Origin: Clostridia bacterium
Lineage (GTDB): Bacteria; Bacillota; Clostridia; Christensenellales; UBA1242
DNA length: 64,000 bases
NCBI GenBank assembly: GCA_041663585.1
Contig: JBAYMN010000001.1
Location: 475 to 64,474, forward strand
Direction: 5' to 3'
Position 1 is the first letter of the stretch. Each line of letters starts with the position of its first letter. The notes under the pieces were generated by a model that worked only from the letters and a program-made list of their open reading frames with translations, did no database searches and was not told the origin of the DNA. This document shows, piece by piece, positions 1 through 9,760 of this stretch. The position numbers and the translations under genes were made by a program.

Positions 1-112
1 AAGTTTTATTTTGAATAGTTTTAAATTTGGTATATACTAATGTATACACATTATTTAAATATAAAAATACAATAGCATAATGTTATTTTTTTAAAAGTAA
101 AGGAGCAAACAA

Positions 113-2701
113 ATGCCTGAACAAACTTTATTACTAATAGATGGGAACAGCCTTATGTTTAGGGCGTTTTACGCACTACCGCCACTTTCAAATTCTAGGG
201 GCGAGTATGTAAACGCCATTTACGGGTTTACAAATATGCTTGTTAAAATGATCACAGAGCATAAGCCCACACATATAATAGTGGCATTTGATACCGCAAA
301 AAAGACATTTAGAAACGCATTATACCCTGAGTACAAAGCAACAAGAGGTCCAACGCCCACCGAATTAATTACGCAAATACAGCCATTAAAAAACCTATTA
401 AAAACAATGAAAATTGAAATTGAGCAACGTGAAGGTTTTGAGGGCGATGATATTATTGGCACTTTTTCTAAAAAGTTTAAACAAAAAACTATAATTTTAA
501 CCGCAGACCGTGACACTTTACAACTCATTGACGACAGTACAGAAGTTTGGCTTACAAAAAAGGGAATATCGGAACTAGAAAGGATTAATGAGGCAACACT
601 TAAAGAAAAATACTTTATGTTGCCCGCACAAGTTGTTGATTACAAAGCGTTACTGGGTGATGCTTCCGATAATATTCCGGGAGTTAAGGGAGTTGGCGAA
701 AAAACTGCATTATCATTAATTAGTGAATACGGCAGTTTAGACAACATATATAAAAATATAGAAAATATTAAGGGCGCTTTAAAGCAAAAATTAATAGAGC
801 AAAAAGATTCCGCTTATTTATCGCAAAACCTTGCTACAATTCGTACAGATTTAAATTTTGATTGTAATTTTGCAGATGCTGTGTTTGATTTTCCATTTTC
901 GGAAAGTGTAAAGGTGGCGTTTGAAAAATTAGAATTTAAAAACTTTTTAAAACGCGATGAATTATTTAAAGAGGGTGGCGAAAGTGCAACCATATTAAAA
1001 TCAAATACCGAAATTGTAGATTTAAAAAAAGCCACGCAAATAGAAAATTTAATTAGAGATATAAAATTACAAAAATTTTGTGCAATATATATTGATGACA
1101 GCGGATTTAATTTTGCATTAAATAAAGCCAAAAATTATGTGCTTTCTATAAAACAGGATTTACTTGCCGAAAGTGTAAGTTATCCCGAAACTATTGCACA
1201 GTTTAAAGATATTTTAGGGGATAGTAATGTTAAAAAAGTGGTTTTTGATAGCAAGGCTTTAAAACACAGATTAATTAAAGAAAATGTAGAATTGAACGGT
1301 GTGGTTTTTGATGTATCTATTGCATTATATTTAATTGATACAAAAATTAAAGCATGGTCAATTGATAATGTATGCAGTTACTACAATTTGCCTGTGCAAA
1401 ATCTTGCTGCCGAACTTTTGATTATTAGGGAAAACGCTGAGATTGAACTTAAAAAATATAATTTAAAAAAACTGTATTATGAAATTGAACTTCCGCTTGT
1501 AAATGTGTTATTTGATATGGAGCAAAGCGGTTTTAAAATTGATGTTAACAGACTAGATGAACTTTCCGCAAAATACAAAAGCGAGTTAGATGATTTAACT
1601 CAAATGATATACCATCAGGCTGGACTAGAATTTAATATAAATTCGCCTAAACAACTTGGAGAAGTTTTATTTGATAGGCTAAAACTTAATGCTTCACAAA
1701 AAGACCGTTCTACCGGGGTTGATGTGCTTGATAAACTATACGATAAACACCCAGTTATTCCGCTAATATTGCGTTATCGCAAAATTGCAAAACTTTTAAG
1801 CACATACATTGATGGTTTTAAAACTCTTATTGATCCAAAAACTAATATAATTCACACTATATTTAACCAAACGCTTACCACAACAGGCAGGCTTTCTAGT
1901 AGCGAACCAAATTTGCAAAATATTCCAGTACGCGATGATGAGGGAAGAATATTACGCGAAATGTTTATTCCGCGTGAAAAAAACAATTTATTAATTTGTG
2001 CTGACTATTCGCAAATAGAACTTAGGTTGCTGGCACACTACTCTGGTGATGAAGCGCTTATTCACGCATTTAAAACCGAACAAGATATTCATAGCATAAC
2101 CGCAGCAAAGGTTTTTAATGTTGATTTAAAAGATGTAACAAAAGAAATGCGAAGAGCCGCTAAAGCAGTAAACTTTGGCATAATTTACGGTATAAGCGAT
2201 TACGGACTTTCACAAAACATAGGAACATCTCGTAAATTTGCAAGTGAATACATTAAAAGATATTTTGAAACATATCCAAAAGTTAAAACCTTTATGGATT
2301 CTAGCGTAAATTCGGCAAAACAAAATGGCTACGTTACAACACTTATGGGCAGAATGCGTAAAATACCGGAAATAAATTCTTCAAATTTTAATATGCGACA
2401 ATTTGGTGAGCGTGCTGCTATGAATATGCCACTTCAAGGTACAGCATCAGACATAATAAAACTAGCAATGCTAAAAGTTTTTAAAGCAATACAATCTGAA
2501 AAATTAAAATCAAAATTAATACTACAAATCCACGATGAGTTAATTGTAGATGCACCAAAAGAGGAAGCACGCCGAATAATTGCACTATTAAAAGAAAATA
2601 TGGAAAATGTTTTAACGCTTAATGTTCCGCTAATTGTTGATGTGGACTGGGGTAAAAATTGGTGTGATACTGCCGATGCTGAATTATTAGATGATTTATA
2701 A
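113..2701 (+). CDS. polA: DNA polymerase I
   Basis: 862-aa ORF with AGGAG RBS. N-terminal 5'-3' exonuclease region (LLIDGNSLMFRAFYA). Family-A polymerase motifs ADYSQIELRLLAH, KAVNFGIIYG, QIHDELIVD. Confidence 0.95.
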   Translation: MPEQTLLLIDGNSLMFRAFYALPPLSNSRGEYVNAIYGFTNMLVKMITEHKPTHIIVAFDTAKKTFRNALYPEYKATRGPTPTELITQIQPLKNLLKTMKIEIEQREGFEGDDIIGTFSKKFKQKTIILTADRDTLQLIDDSTEVWLTKKGISELERINEATLKEKYFMLPAQVVDYKALLGDASDNIPGVKGVGEKTALSLISEYGSLDNIYKNIENIKGALKQKLIEQKDSAYLSQNLATIRTDLNFDCNFADAVFDFPFSESVKVAFEKLEFKNFLKRDELFKEGGESATILKSNTEIVDLKKATQIENLIRDIKLQKFCAIYIDDSGFNFALNKAKNYVLSIKQDLLAESVSYPETIAQFKDILGDSNVKKVVFDSKALKHRLIKENVELNGVVFDVSIALYLIDTKIKAWSIDNVCSYYNLPVQNLAAELLIIRENAEIELKKYNLKKLYYEIELPLVNVLFDMEQSGFKIDVNRLDELSAKYKSELDDLTQMIYHQAGLEFNINSPKQLGEVLFDRLKLNASQKDRSTGVDVLDKLYDKHPVIPLILRYRKIAKLLSTYIDGFKTLIDPKTNIIHTIFNQTLTTTGRLSSSEPNLQNIPVRDDEGRILREMFIPREKNNLLICADYSQIELRLLAHYSGDEALIHAFKTEQDIHSITAAKVFNVDLKDVTKEMRRAAKAVNFGIIYGISDYGLSQNIGTSRKFASEYIKRYFETYPKVKTFMDSSVNSAKQNGYVTTLMGRMRKIPEINSSNFNMRQFGERAAMNMPLQGTASDIIKLAMLKVFKAIQSEKLKSKLILQIHDELIVDAPKEEARRIIALLKENMENVLTLNVPLIVDVDWGKNWCDTADAELLDDL

Positions 2702-2755
2702 AATTTAAATTTTAATTTATAGTTTAAAAACTTGTTAAATTTCATAAAATATAGT

Positions 2756-3334
2756 ATGAAAAATACGAAATTTAGCAGGTTTTTATTTTATTTATTTTCT
2801 GCTTTGATGGCGTTTTCAATTTGTGCCATTTATATTTATGATGCCAAGTTTTATCCTATTGCTTATATAAAACAAATAGAAAAATACTCTACTGAATATG
2901 GTGCAGATGGTGCACTAATAACAAGTATTATAAATGCCGAAAGCGGATTTAACAGGTATTGTGTTTCATCTTCGGGGGCGCTTGGACTTATGCAAATGCT
3001 ACCTCGTACTGCCGAATGGGTGGCAAATCAGTTAAATGTGATAACTTTTAATACCGAAATGCTTTATAATGCCGATACAAATATTAAATTTGGGACTTTT
3101 TACTTTATGTATTTATATAATAAATTTAATTCTGTTAGCACTGCACTTGCTTGTTATAATGCGGGCGAGGGGCTTGTTGCAAATTGGCTTGATAGCGATT
3201 TATATTCTAGCGATGGAGTTAATATTAAAACCACGCCATATCCCGCCACTAATGCTTATTTAGAAAAAATAGAAAAAAATTTTAATGTTTATAAAACTAA
3301 ATATTACAGAATCTTAACAAGAATAATGAATTGA
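2756..3334 (+). CDS. membrane-anchored lytic transglycosylase (SLT domain)
   Basis: ORF 2732-3334; ATG at 2756 preferred over the TTG at 2732. N-terminal hydrophobic helix. SLT motifs AESGFN and GLMQM. Confidence 0.8.
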   Translation: MKNTKFSRFLFYLFSALMAFSICAIYIYDAKFYPIAYIKQIEKYSTEYGADGALITSIINAESGFNRYCVSSSGALGLMQMLPRTAEWVANQLNVITFNTEMLYNADTNIKFGTFYFMYLYNKFNSVSTALACYNAGEGLVANWLDSDLYSSDGVNIKTTPYPATNAYLEKIEKNFNVYKTKYYRILTRIMN

Positions 3335-3451
3335 ACTGTATAAGAAATTTTGTTACAAGTTAAATTTAAAATAAAGTTTTTGATTAATATATAAGACTTT
3401 CTAGTTTTGAACTTTTTATATTGTTTTAACTTTATAAGTAAAATAATTTAA

Positions 3452-3480
3452 TTGACAAACACTCTGTTTAATGGTAATCT
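3452..3480 (+). promoter_or_regulatory. putative sigma-A promoter of lysS
   Basis: TTGACA (3452-3457), 17-nt spacer, TAATCT (3475-3480), 28 nt upstream of the lysS start. Confidence 0.35.
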
Positions 3481-3507
3481 TATAAAAAACATAGAGGTAG
3501 GTTACTT

Positions 3508-4992
3508 ATGCGATACAGCGATAGTACTGAACAAGATATTTATAAAGAAACAGATATTCGCAAACAAAAAATAGAAACTTTAAAAAAACAAAACATAGTA
3601 GTATATGCCGAAAAATTTGAGCGTACACATAAACTTTGTGAAGCACAAAACTTAAATGAGGGCGATGTAACTGCTATTGCTGGCAGGGTAGTGTCCAAAC
3701 GCGTATTTGGCAAGTTTATGTTTATTATATTACAAGATATAGAAGGCAAAATGCAAGTTAGCCTTTCGGTAAACGAAATTGAATTAGAAAAATATGAATC
3801 CTTTAAAAATAATGTTGATATTGGCGACTTTGTTGGTGTTAATGGTGAAATTTATCGCACAAAAACCGGTGAGTTAACAGTACGAACAAACTCTTATGAA
3901 CTACTTAGCAAGGCCTTAAAACCAATGCCTGAAAAATTCCACGGATTAACGGATATGGAAGCGCGTTATAGACAGCGTTATTTAGATTTAATTTCTAACG
4001 ATACTGCACGCAAAGTGTTGTATGGCAGATTAAAGTTTATTTCATTAATTAGAAAATTTTTAAGTGAACATGGATTTTTGGAAGTTGAAACTCCAATTCT
4101 TCAAAGTGCGGTTTGTGGTGCAAGTGCAAAACCATTTATTACAAAGCACAATGCACTTAATATGGAAATGAATTTAAGAATTGCACCTGAAACATATTTA
4201 AAGCAGTTAATTGCAGGCGGATTTGACCGCGTATTTGAAGTTGCAAAGTGTTTTAGAAATGAGGGTATGGACCAAGCACATTTACAAGAATTTACACAAG
4301 TAGAATGGTATGCTAGTTACTGGAATTTTGAAGACAATATCAAATTCTTTACTGAGTTTTTAAGATATCTTGTAAAAGAAATGACTGGCAAACTAGAAAT
4401 AGAAAAAGAAGGCAAAGTATTTAGTCTTGTTAATGATTTTCCACGAATTAATTATACCGAAACTTTAAGTAAAATTTTAGGATTTAATGTAGTTGAACCT
4501 AATACAGTTGAAGAATTAAAAGCCCAAGTTTTAAAAACCGGTTTATTTAGTGAATACGATTTAAAAGGGCTTGTAACTATTGGGGCGGTTATAGACTTTA
4601 TGTATAAACGCAAGATTAGGCCAAATATTATTGAGCCAACAATTCTATTTAATTACCCTGCTTCACTTGTGCCACTAGCGCGTAGAAGTGATAGAAATCC
4701 AAAATTAATTGAAATGTTTCAGCTCTTAATTAATGGCGAAGAAATTTGTAAAGCGTATTCAGAATTAGTTGACCCGATTACTCAAAGGGAAACCTTAGAA
4801 GAACAAGCAAACGCAAAACTTGCCGGCGATGATGAGGCTATGGATCTTGATGAGGGGTTTTTGCAGGCTATGGAACACGGTATGCCACCAATTTCTGGAT
4901 TAGGATTTGGAATAGATCGCTTTATGTTAATGCTATTTGATCAGCCTTCTATTAGAGATGTTATATTCTTTCCGATTATGAAGGCGGAATAA
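3508..4992 (+). CDS. lysS: lysine--tRNA ligase (class II)
   Basis: 494 aa. OB-fold N-terminal domain and class II core (FRNEGMD, ELVDP, GLGFGIDR). GAGG RBS. Confidence 0.95.
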   Translation: MRYSDSTEQDIYKETDIRKQKIETLKKQNIVVYAEKFERTHKLCEAQNLNEGDVTAIAGRVVSKRVFGKFMFIILQDIEGKMQVSLSVNEIELEKYESFKNNVDIGDFVGVNGEIYRTKTGELTVRTNSYELLSKALKPMPEKFHGLTDMEARYRQRYLDLISNDTARKVLYGRLKFISLIRKFLSEHGFLEVETPILQSAVCGASAKPFITKHNALNMEMNLRIAPETYLKQLIAGGFDRVFEVAKCFRNEGMDQAHLQEFTQVEWYASYWNFEDNIKFFTEFLRYLVKEMTGKLEIEKEGKVFSLVNDFPRINYTETLSKILGFNVVEPNTVEELKAQVLKTGLFSEYDLKGLVTIGAVIDFMYKRKIRPNIIEPTILFNYPASLVPLARRSDRNPKLIEMFQLLINGEEICKAYSELVDPITQRETLEEQANAKLAGDDEAMDLDEGFLQAMEHGMPPISGLGFGIDRFMLMLFDQPSIRDVIFFPIMKAE

Positions 4993-5041
4993 GCACAGTT
5001 AAATTTAGCAGTAGTTTGCTGACGAATATTTTATTTTTTCT

Positions 5042-5068
5042 GTGCACATAAAATTTGTTTATGTGCAC
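5042..5068 (+). terminator. hairpin downstream of lysS (possible terminator)
   Basis: Perfect 11-bp stem GTGCACATAAA/TTTATGTGCAC with a 5-nt loop. Only a weak, interrupted T tract follows. Confidence 0.35.
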
Positions 5069-5103
5069 TTAATGTTTTTAGTTTATTACTTTAAGGAGTT
5101 TTA

Positions 5104-6255
5104 ATGACAGTAAGTAAAAGAATTGTATCATGGATTTTAGTAATAACATTAGGGGTTACAAGTATTGTGGGTGCAATCTTTTTATTTAATGGTGAAGGCT
5201 TTTTTAAAACCACCGTTGGTATTTTTTTTGGCGTTATACCTTATGAACTAAGAGTTTGGGCTAATGATGAACCAGAAGTAACTACTGAGGTTGTAGACAC
5301 TATAAACGCGCTTAATAATGAAATAAATGTAACAACAGAAACTAGTAAATTATATTATCTTAATAATTTAGCCGAACCGTTAGAAAATGTTTATATTAGT
5401 TTAGATACTTACAATTTAATTAGTATCGCAAAAAGCATATTTTTGAGTACGGAAGGCATTTTTAATCCAGCGATATATCCAGTAGCCGAACTTTGGAATT
5501 TATCGGCTGACAGGCTAAGTTTAATATTGGGACAAGAAGTAATTAGTATTCCTACTAATGAACAAATAGAAATTGTAATGCAATATTGCGATTTTAACGA
5601 CTTTACATTAGGACAAGATGAAACTGGCTATTTTATAAACAAGAACCTTGCCGAAAACAAAATTGAATTAGGTGCCATTGCAAAAGGATATGCGTGCGAT
5701 TTGGCATATCAAATTTTTTCCGCACACAATGTAAAAGGTGCATATTTAGAAATTGGTGGAAATCTTATAACATATGGCGATAAAACCGATGGTTCAAAAT
5801 ATAATATTGCTATACAAAATCCGCGAACTAGCGAAGATTATTCCGCTTTTGGGGTAGCCCGCATAGATGAACAAACAATTTCTGTAAGTGGTGATTACAA
5901 CAGATATTACTATTATCTAGGCGATAGAGTAAATCATATTATAAATGGGCAGACAGGCTATCCCGTTAATAACAGTGTTATTATGTGCGCGGTACAAAAT
6001 GTATCTAGTTCAGTTCCTAATTTGTTTGCTACTGAAAATCTAATGGTTACGCCATACAATTATAGTTCTACTTATGCCGATGCTTTCTCTACTGTACTAT
6101 TTATTTTAGGCGATCAAGCAAGAACTTTTGCCATAAATAACGGTTTAAGTGTAATACTTGCTTTTGAAACGGAACTATATACTTACGAATACTTTGCTTC
6201 AAGTGGTTTAGATTTCACATTAATTAATCAAAATTATGTACAAGTTTTTGAATAG
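5104..6255 (+). CDS. apbE: FAD:protein FMN transferase (ApbE family), membrane anchored
   Basis: 383 aa with an N-terminal TM helix. ApbE signature AIAKGYACD and C-terminal conserved block. AGGAG RBS. Confidence 0.8.
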   Translation: MTVSKRIVSWILVITLGVTSIVGAIFLFNGEGFFKTTVGIFFGVIPYELRVWANDEPEVTTEVVDTINALNNEINVTTETSKLYYLNNLAEPLENVYISLDTYNLISIAKSIFLSTEGIFNPAIYPVAELWNLSADRLSLILGQEVISIPTNEQIEIVMQYCDFNDFTLGQDETGYFINKNLAENKIELGAIAKGYACDLAYQIFSAHNVKGAYLEIGGNLITYGDKTDGSKYNIAIQNPRTSEDYSAFGVARIDEQTISVSGDYNRYYYYLGDRVNHIINGQTGYPVNNSVIMCAVQNVSSSVPNLFATENLMVTPYNYSSTYADAFSTVLFILGDQARTFAINNGLSVILAFETELYTYEYFASSGLDFTLINQNYVQVFE

Positions 6256-6270
6256 TCAAATAGGGGCAAA

Positions 6271-6669
6271 ATGGAAAATTTAGAAAAAATTAAATTTTTT
6301 AAAACCAGCAAACCTTGTAAATTATTGGATATTTTTATTGTGGTTGTTTTGCTTATTTCCGCTATATTTTTATTTATAATTTTCAAACCCGAAAAAGGCA
6401 CATACATAGAAATTTATGTTGATAACGAACTTTATGCTATGTACAATTTAGATACTGATCGCGAAATTGTTATTAATAATAATGGAAACTACAATGTTGT
6501 GGAAATTATTGGCGGAAAGGTTCATATGAAAGAGTCAAACTGTCAAAACCAAACGTGCGTAGAAATGGGGTACATTGATAGCACAAATTATAAAATTGTA
6601 TGTGCACCAAATAATGTAATTGTAATTGTTATAAATCCTAATGCCGATTATGATGGAATAGCGGGGTAG
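6271..6669 (+). CDS. NusG domain II-containing membrane protein
   Basis: 132 aa, one TM helix, CQNQTC motif. Has the typical position between ApbE and the Gx transporter. Confidence 0.6.
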   Translation: MENLEKIKFFKTSKPCKLLDIFIVVVLLISAIFLFIIFKPEKGTYIEIYVDNELYAMYNLDTDREIVINNNGNYNVVEIIGGKVHMKESNCQNQTCVEMGYIDSTNYKIVCAPNNVIVIVINPNADYDGIAG

Positions 6670-6671
6670 AT

Positions 6672-7202
6672 ATGAATAATAGAATTAACTATATTGCCAG
6701 AATTGGAATATTTACCGCACTTGCACTAATTATGTATTTTGTGGAAAGTATGTTTCCGCCCGTTATACCATTAATACCGTATGCTAAAATTGGGCTTTCA
6801 AATGTAGTGTCATTTTTGGCGTTAATAATGCTAGGATTTAACAGCGGACTTATAATTGTTGTTTTAAAATGTTTTCTAGGAAGTTTGTTTACAGGCAATA
6901 TTTTTGCGCTTGCCTTTTCGCTTTCTGGCGGAATAATGAGTTATTTTGCTATGTTTTTATTGTATAAGTACGCATATAAGCATATGAGTTTGACTGGAAT
7001 TAGTATTGTAGGCGCATTAGTACACAACATAACGCAAGTCATAGTTGCTTGTCTTATGATAAAAAATGTATTCACAGTGATTATTTTACCGTATATGTTA
7101 GCATTCTCATTAGTTGCCGGAGTAATTACGGGATTAACAGTTTATTATGTAGTGAAAAATTTACCCATAGAAAAATTTGAAAATTCTTTATATGCAAAGT
7201 GA
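6672..7202 (+). CDS. Gx transporter family protein (heptaprenyl-diphosphate-synthase component I-like)
   Basis: 176 aa polytopic membrane protein, start coupled to the upstream stop. Conserved three-gene context with ApbE and NusG_II. Confidence 0.6.
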   Translation: MNNRINYIARIGIFTALALIMYFVESMFPPVIPLIPYAKIGLSNVVSFLALIMLGFNSGLIIVVLKCFLGSLFTGNIFALAFSLSGGIMSYFAMFLLYKYAYKHMSLTGISIVGALVHNITQVIVACLMIKNVFTVIILPYMLAFSLVAGVITGLTVYYVVKNLPIEKFENSLYAK

Positions 7203-7255
7203 TTTATATAATACTTTCTAAAAGTTGCAAGTTAAATAATAATTTGGTTTAGATA

Positions 7256-7316
7256 GGATACGCTAAGTAGTTTAAACGGTGCCACTTTCCGCCTATCCAT
7301 CAGGTAGGCGGAACAA
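7256..7316 (+). repeat. structured intergenic repeat: ACGCTAAGTAGTTTAAAC arm + GGTGCC + bulged hairpin TTCCGCCTA-T-CC-ATCA-GG-TAGGCGGAA
   Basis: Matches copies at 18940-19016 (reverse strand) and 44209-44373. The hairpin also recurs at 30928-30954 and 59030-59056. Confidence 0.75.
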
Positions 7317-8540
7317 TCACTCTTTTAGCGGAACAATATCAATCATCTCATCATCGATAAAATCGCCATCTAAAAGTATGGCGCGTTTTAATGTATCTTT
7401 GCCGTATTTATCTTGTAAAATATCTATACAACGATTTAAGTCATCTTTTTTTGTAGGTTTTTCTAATTCAAACATACTTATTTGTTCGCTGGAATCATCA
7501 GCAATTAAATTGATTGCTGTAATTGTAAGCGAGCGTATTGATTTATTAAAATTCCAACTTTTTTTTAATAAATCTAATGCGGTTTTTGCAATATCTAAAT
7601 CGGTATAAGTAGGAGATTTTAGTACAGTTTGGCGACTAAAACTGTCCATTTCTACATTTTTTATGGCTATTGCTACTCCTGTGCATTTTGTACTATTTAT
7701 TCTTAATCTTTCAGCAATTTGCTTACATAATCTATATACAACTGGTTTAGCATCAGAAAAATTTTGTATATCTTTTGGTGTGGTTGTTCCGTTACCCACA
7801 CTTTTAAATTTTGTTTCGGTGGCAAAACTTTGCACATTAAAATCATCTTCGCCACGTACCATATTAATCAAATCTTTTCCGTGCTTGCCTAAATAATAGG
7901 TAAGTAGTTTTTGATCGGCGTAATATAAATCTTTAATAGTGTTAATATTTAATTTTTTTAGTGTTTCGTTCGTATGTCTTCCTACCATAATAAGTGCTTG
8001 GGCCGGTAGTGGAAACATAATTTCACTAAAATTTTCTTTTGTAACGCAAGTTGTTGCATCGGGCTTTTTATAATCGCTACCGAGTTTTGCGTAAACCTTG
8101 GTAAACGACACGCCCACTGATACGGTAAGTTTTAATTCCCGTTTAATATCTTCTCGTATTTTATCGGCGATTTCTTTACCGCTACCAAATAGTTTTGTGC
8201 TTTGGGTAACATCAAGCCAGCATTCATCAGGTCCAAAACCTTCTACAAAATTGGTATAGCGGGAATAAATTTCCTTTGCTTTTTTTGAATATTGTTCATA
8301 AACTTCGTGATGAGGGGCTACACATATTAAATTTGGACATTTTTGTTTTGCTTGCCAAATTACTTCACCAGTCTGAATTCCTAGTTTTTTTGCCGTCATA
8401 TTTTTTGCAAGTACAATGCCGTGCCTATGCCTTGGGTTACCGCATACCGCCAGCGGATAATTTTTGATAGAAGGATTTAAAATACATTCTACCGAAGCGT
8501 AAAAGTTGTTCATATCGCAGTGCAAAATTACTTTTTCCAC
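7317..8540 (-). CDS. dinB: DNA polymerase IV (Y-family translesion polymerase)
   Basis: 407 aa. N-terminus ILHCDMNNFYASVE and other Y-family motifs. Confidence 0.9.
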   Translation of the reverse strand: MEKVILHCDMNNFYASVECILNPSIKNYPLAVCGNPRHRHGIVLAKNMTAKKLGIQTGEVIWQAKQKCPNLICVAPHHEVYEQYSKKAKEIYSRYTNFVEGFGPDECWLDVTQSTKLFGSGKEIADKIREDIKRELKLTVSVGVSFTKVYAKLGSDYKKPDATTCVTKENFSEIMFPLPAQALIMVGRHTNETLKKLNINTIKDLYYADQKLLTYYLGKHGKDLINMVRGEDDFNVQSFATETKFKSVGNGTTTPKDIQNFSDAKPVVYRLCKQIAERLRINSTKCTGVAIAIKNVEMDSFSRQTVLKSPTYTDLDIAKTALDLLKKSWNFNKSIRSLTITAINLIADDSSEQISMFELEKPTKKDDLNRCIDILQDKYGKDTLKRAILLDGDFIDDEMIDIVPLKE

Positions 8541-8637
8541 TTTTTTAAATCCTCCTTTATTAATTTATTATACCACAAAATTGCAACTCAAAAAATTATT
8601 TTTTATGTAATAATGTTTAAAAATATGTCATAAATAG

Positions 8638-8666
8638 TTGACACAAAAAAAGTGTGGTTGTATAAT
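8638..8666 (+). promoter_or_regulatory. consensus sigma-A promoter of the ctsR operon
   Basis: TTGACA (8638-8643), 17-nt spacer, TATAAT (8661-8666). Confidence 0.6.
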
Positions 8667-8677
8667 TTGCTTGTAAA

Positions 8678-8694
8678 GGTCAAAGAAAGTCAAA
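8678..8694 (+). promoter_or_regulatory. CtsR operator (direct heptad repeat)
   Basis: GGTCAAAGAAAGTCAAA matches the CtsR box (A/G)GTCAAA-NAN-(A/G)GTCAAA. It lies immediately downstream of the -10 element and upstream of ctsR. Confidence 0.75.
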
Positions 8695-8766
8695 CTTTTA
8701 CAGGTTAAATTTAATTTAACAGAACATAATATTATTACACTAATTTAATTGTAAAAAGGCGTAAAA

Positions 8767-9213
8767 ATGGATAGCATAAGTAATTTAATAGAAAACTTTA
8801 TAATATCCACGATAGGCGAAGAAAAATCGCTAGATTTATCACGCAATGAATTAGGCAAATATTTTGGTTGTGCTCCAAGTCAAATAAATTATGTAATTAG
8901 CACACGCTTTACCGTAGAACGCGGGTTTATAACCGAAAGTAAACGCGGTGGTGGGGGATTTATTAAAATTACAAAATTGTCTGATAGAAAAGACAGTTTT
9001 ATATCATCTCTTATTAATAATGTTATAGGAGAACAAATAGATTATAACAGGGCAGTACAAATATTAATTGGGCTTAAAGAACGACAATATGTTACGGAGC
9101 GAGAATTAGAAATTATAAAAATTGCAATTCACCCTAAATCGCTTCAATCGCCATTAGATATAGCCGAACGACAGCGTGCGGTAATATTAAAAAATTTACT
9201 CATATATTTTTAA
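8767..9213 (+). CDS. ctsR: transcriptional repressor CtsR
   Basis: 148 aa. Conserved SKRGGGGFIKI glycine-rich loop. First gene of the ctsR-mcsA-mcsB-clpC operon. Confidence 0.9.
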   Translation: MDSISNLIENFIISTIGEEKSLDLSRNELGKYFGCAPSQINYVISTRFTVERGFITESKRGGGGFIKITKLSDRKDSFISSLINNVIGEQIDYNRAVQILIGLKERQYVTERELEIIKIAIHPKSLQSPLDIAERQRAVILKNLLIYF

Positions 9214-9231
9214 AAGGAGTTTTTTAGAATT

Positions 9232-9732
9232 ATGAAATGTCAAAAATGCAAAACAAATGAAGCAACATATCATACTTCGATAACTATAAACGGTCAAACT
9301 ACCGAAGAGCATCTGTGTGCGGAATGTGCGATTGCAACTGGTAAAATGCCTCATTTTAAAACTATTGATGTAGGCGAATTTTTTGATAGTTATGTAGATA
9401 ATTATAAAAAAGCAAAAAGTATTCCTAAGGCGATTATTTGTCCGGGGTGCGGAATGTTAAGTACAGATTTTTTATCCACTGGCTTTGTCGGTTGTTCTAT
9501 GTGCTATAAGGCATTTGAAAATCTGTTACAACCTATAATTAAAAATGTACAGGGGCGAACAAAGCACATAGGTAAACTTGCAGATAAACAATTTAATTTA
9601 AACAGTTCAAATTCTAAGCAAGAAGAAATTGATCGCTTAAACAGTTTACTAAAACGGGCGGTGGCAGAAGAACGTTATGAAGATGCCGCTGAATATAAAC
9701 GTAAAATTAAAGAAATTAATGACAAAAATTAA
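9232..9732 (+). CDS. mcsA: McsA (UvrB/UvrC-motif protein, activator of McsB)
   Basis: 166 aa. CxxC zinc-finger pairs and a C-terminal UVR motif (EERYEDAAEYKRKI). Operon position. Confidence 0.85.
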   Translation: MKCQKCKTNEATYHTSITINGQTTEEHLCAECAIATGKMPHFKTIDVGEFFDSYVDNYKKAKSIPKAIICPGCGMLSTDFLSTGFVGCSMCYKAFENLLQPIIKNVQGRTKHIGKLADKQFNLNSSNSKQEEIDRLNSLLKRAVAEERYEDAAEYKRKIKEINDKN

Positions 9733-9760
9733 TTTAAATTAATACAGTTTGGAGTAAAAT

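Noticed and set aside
3335-3507. T-box leaders upstream of lysS, and likewise upstream of proS (39164-39309).
   Set aside because: The leaders are only about 170 and 145 nt. They lack the conserved T-box sequence and a specifier/terminator architecture. Plain promoters fit better.
7279-7608. A 109-aa plus-strand ORF starting in the intergenic repeat.
   Set aside because: It overlaps the 3' part of dinB on the opposite strand and begins inside the repeat hairpin. It has a low-complexity composition.
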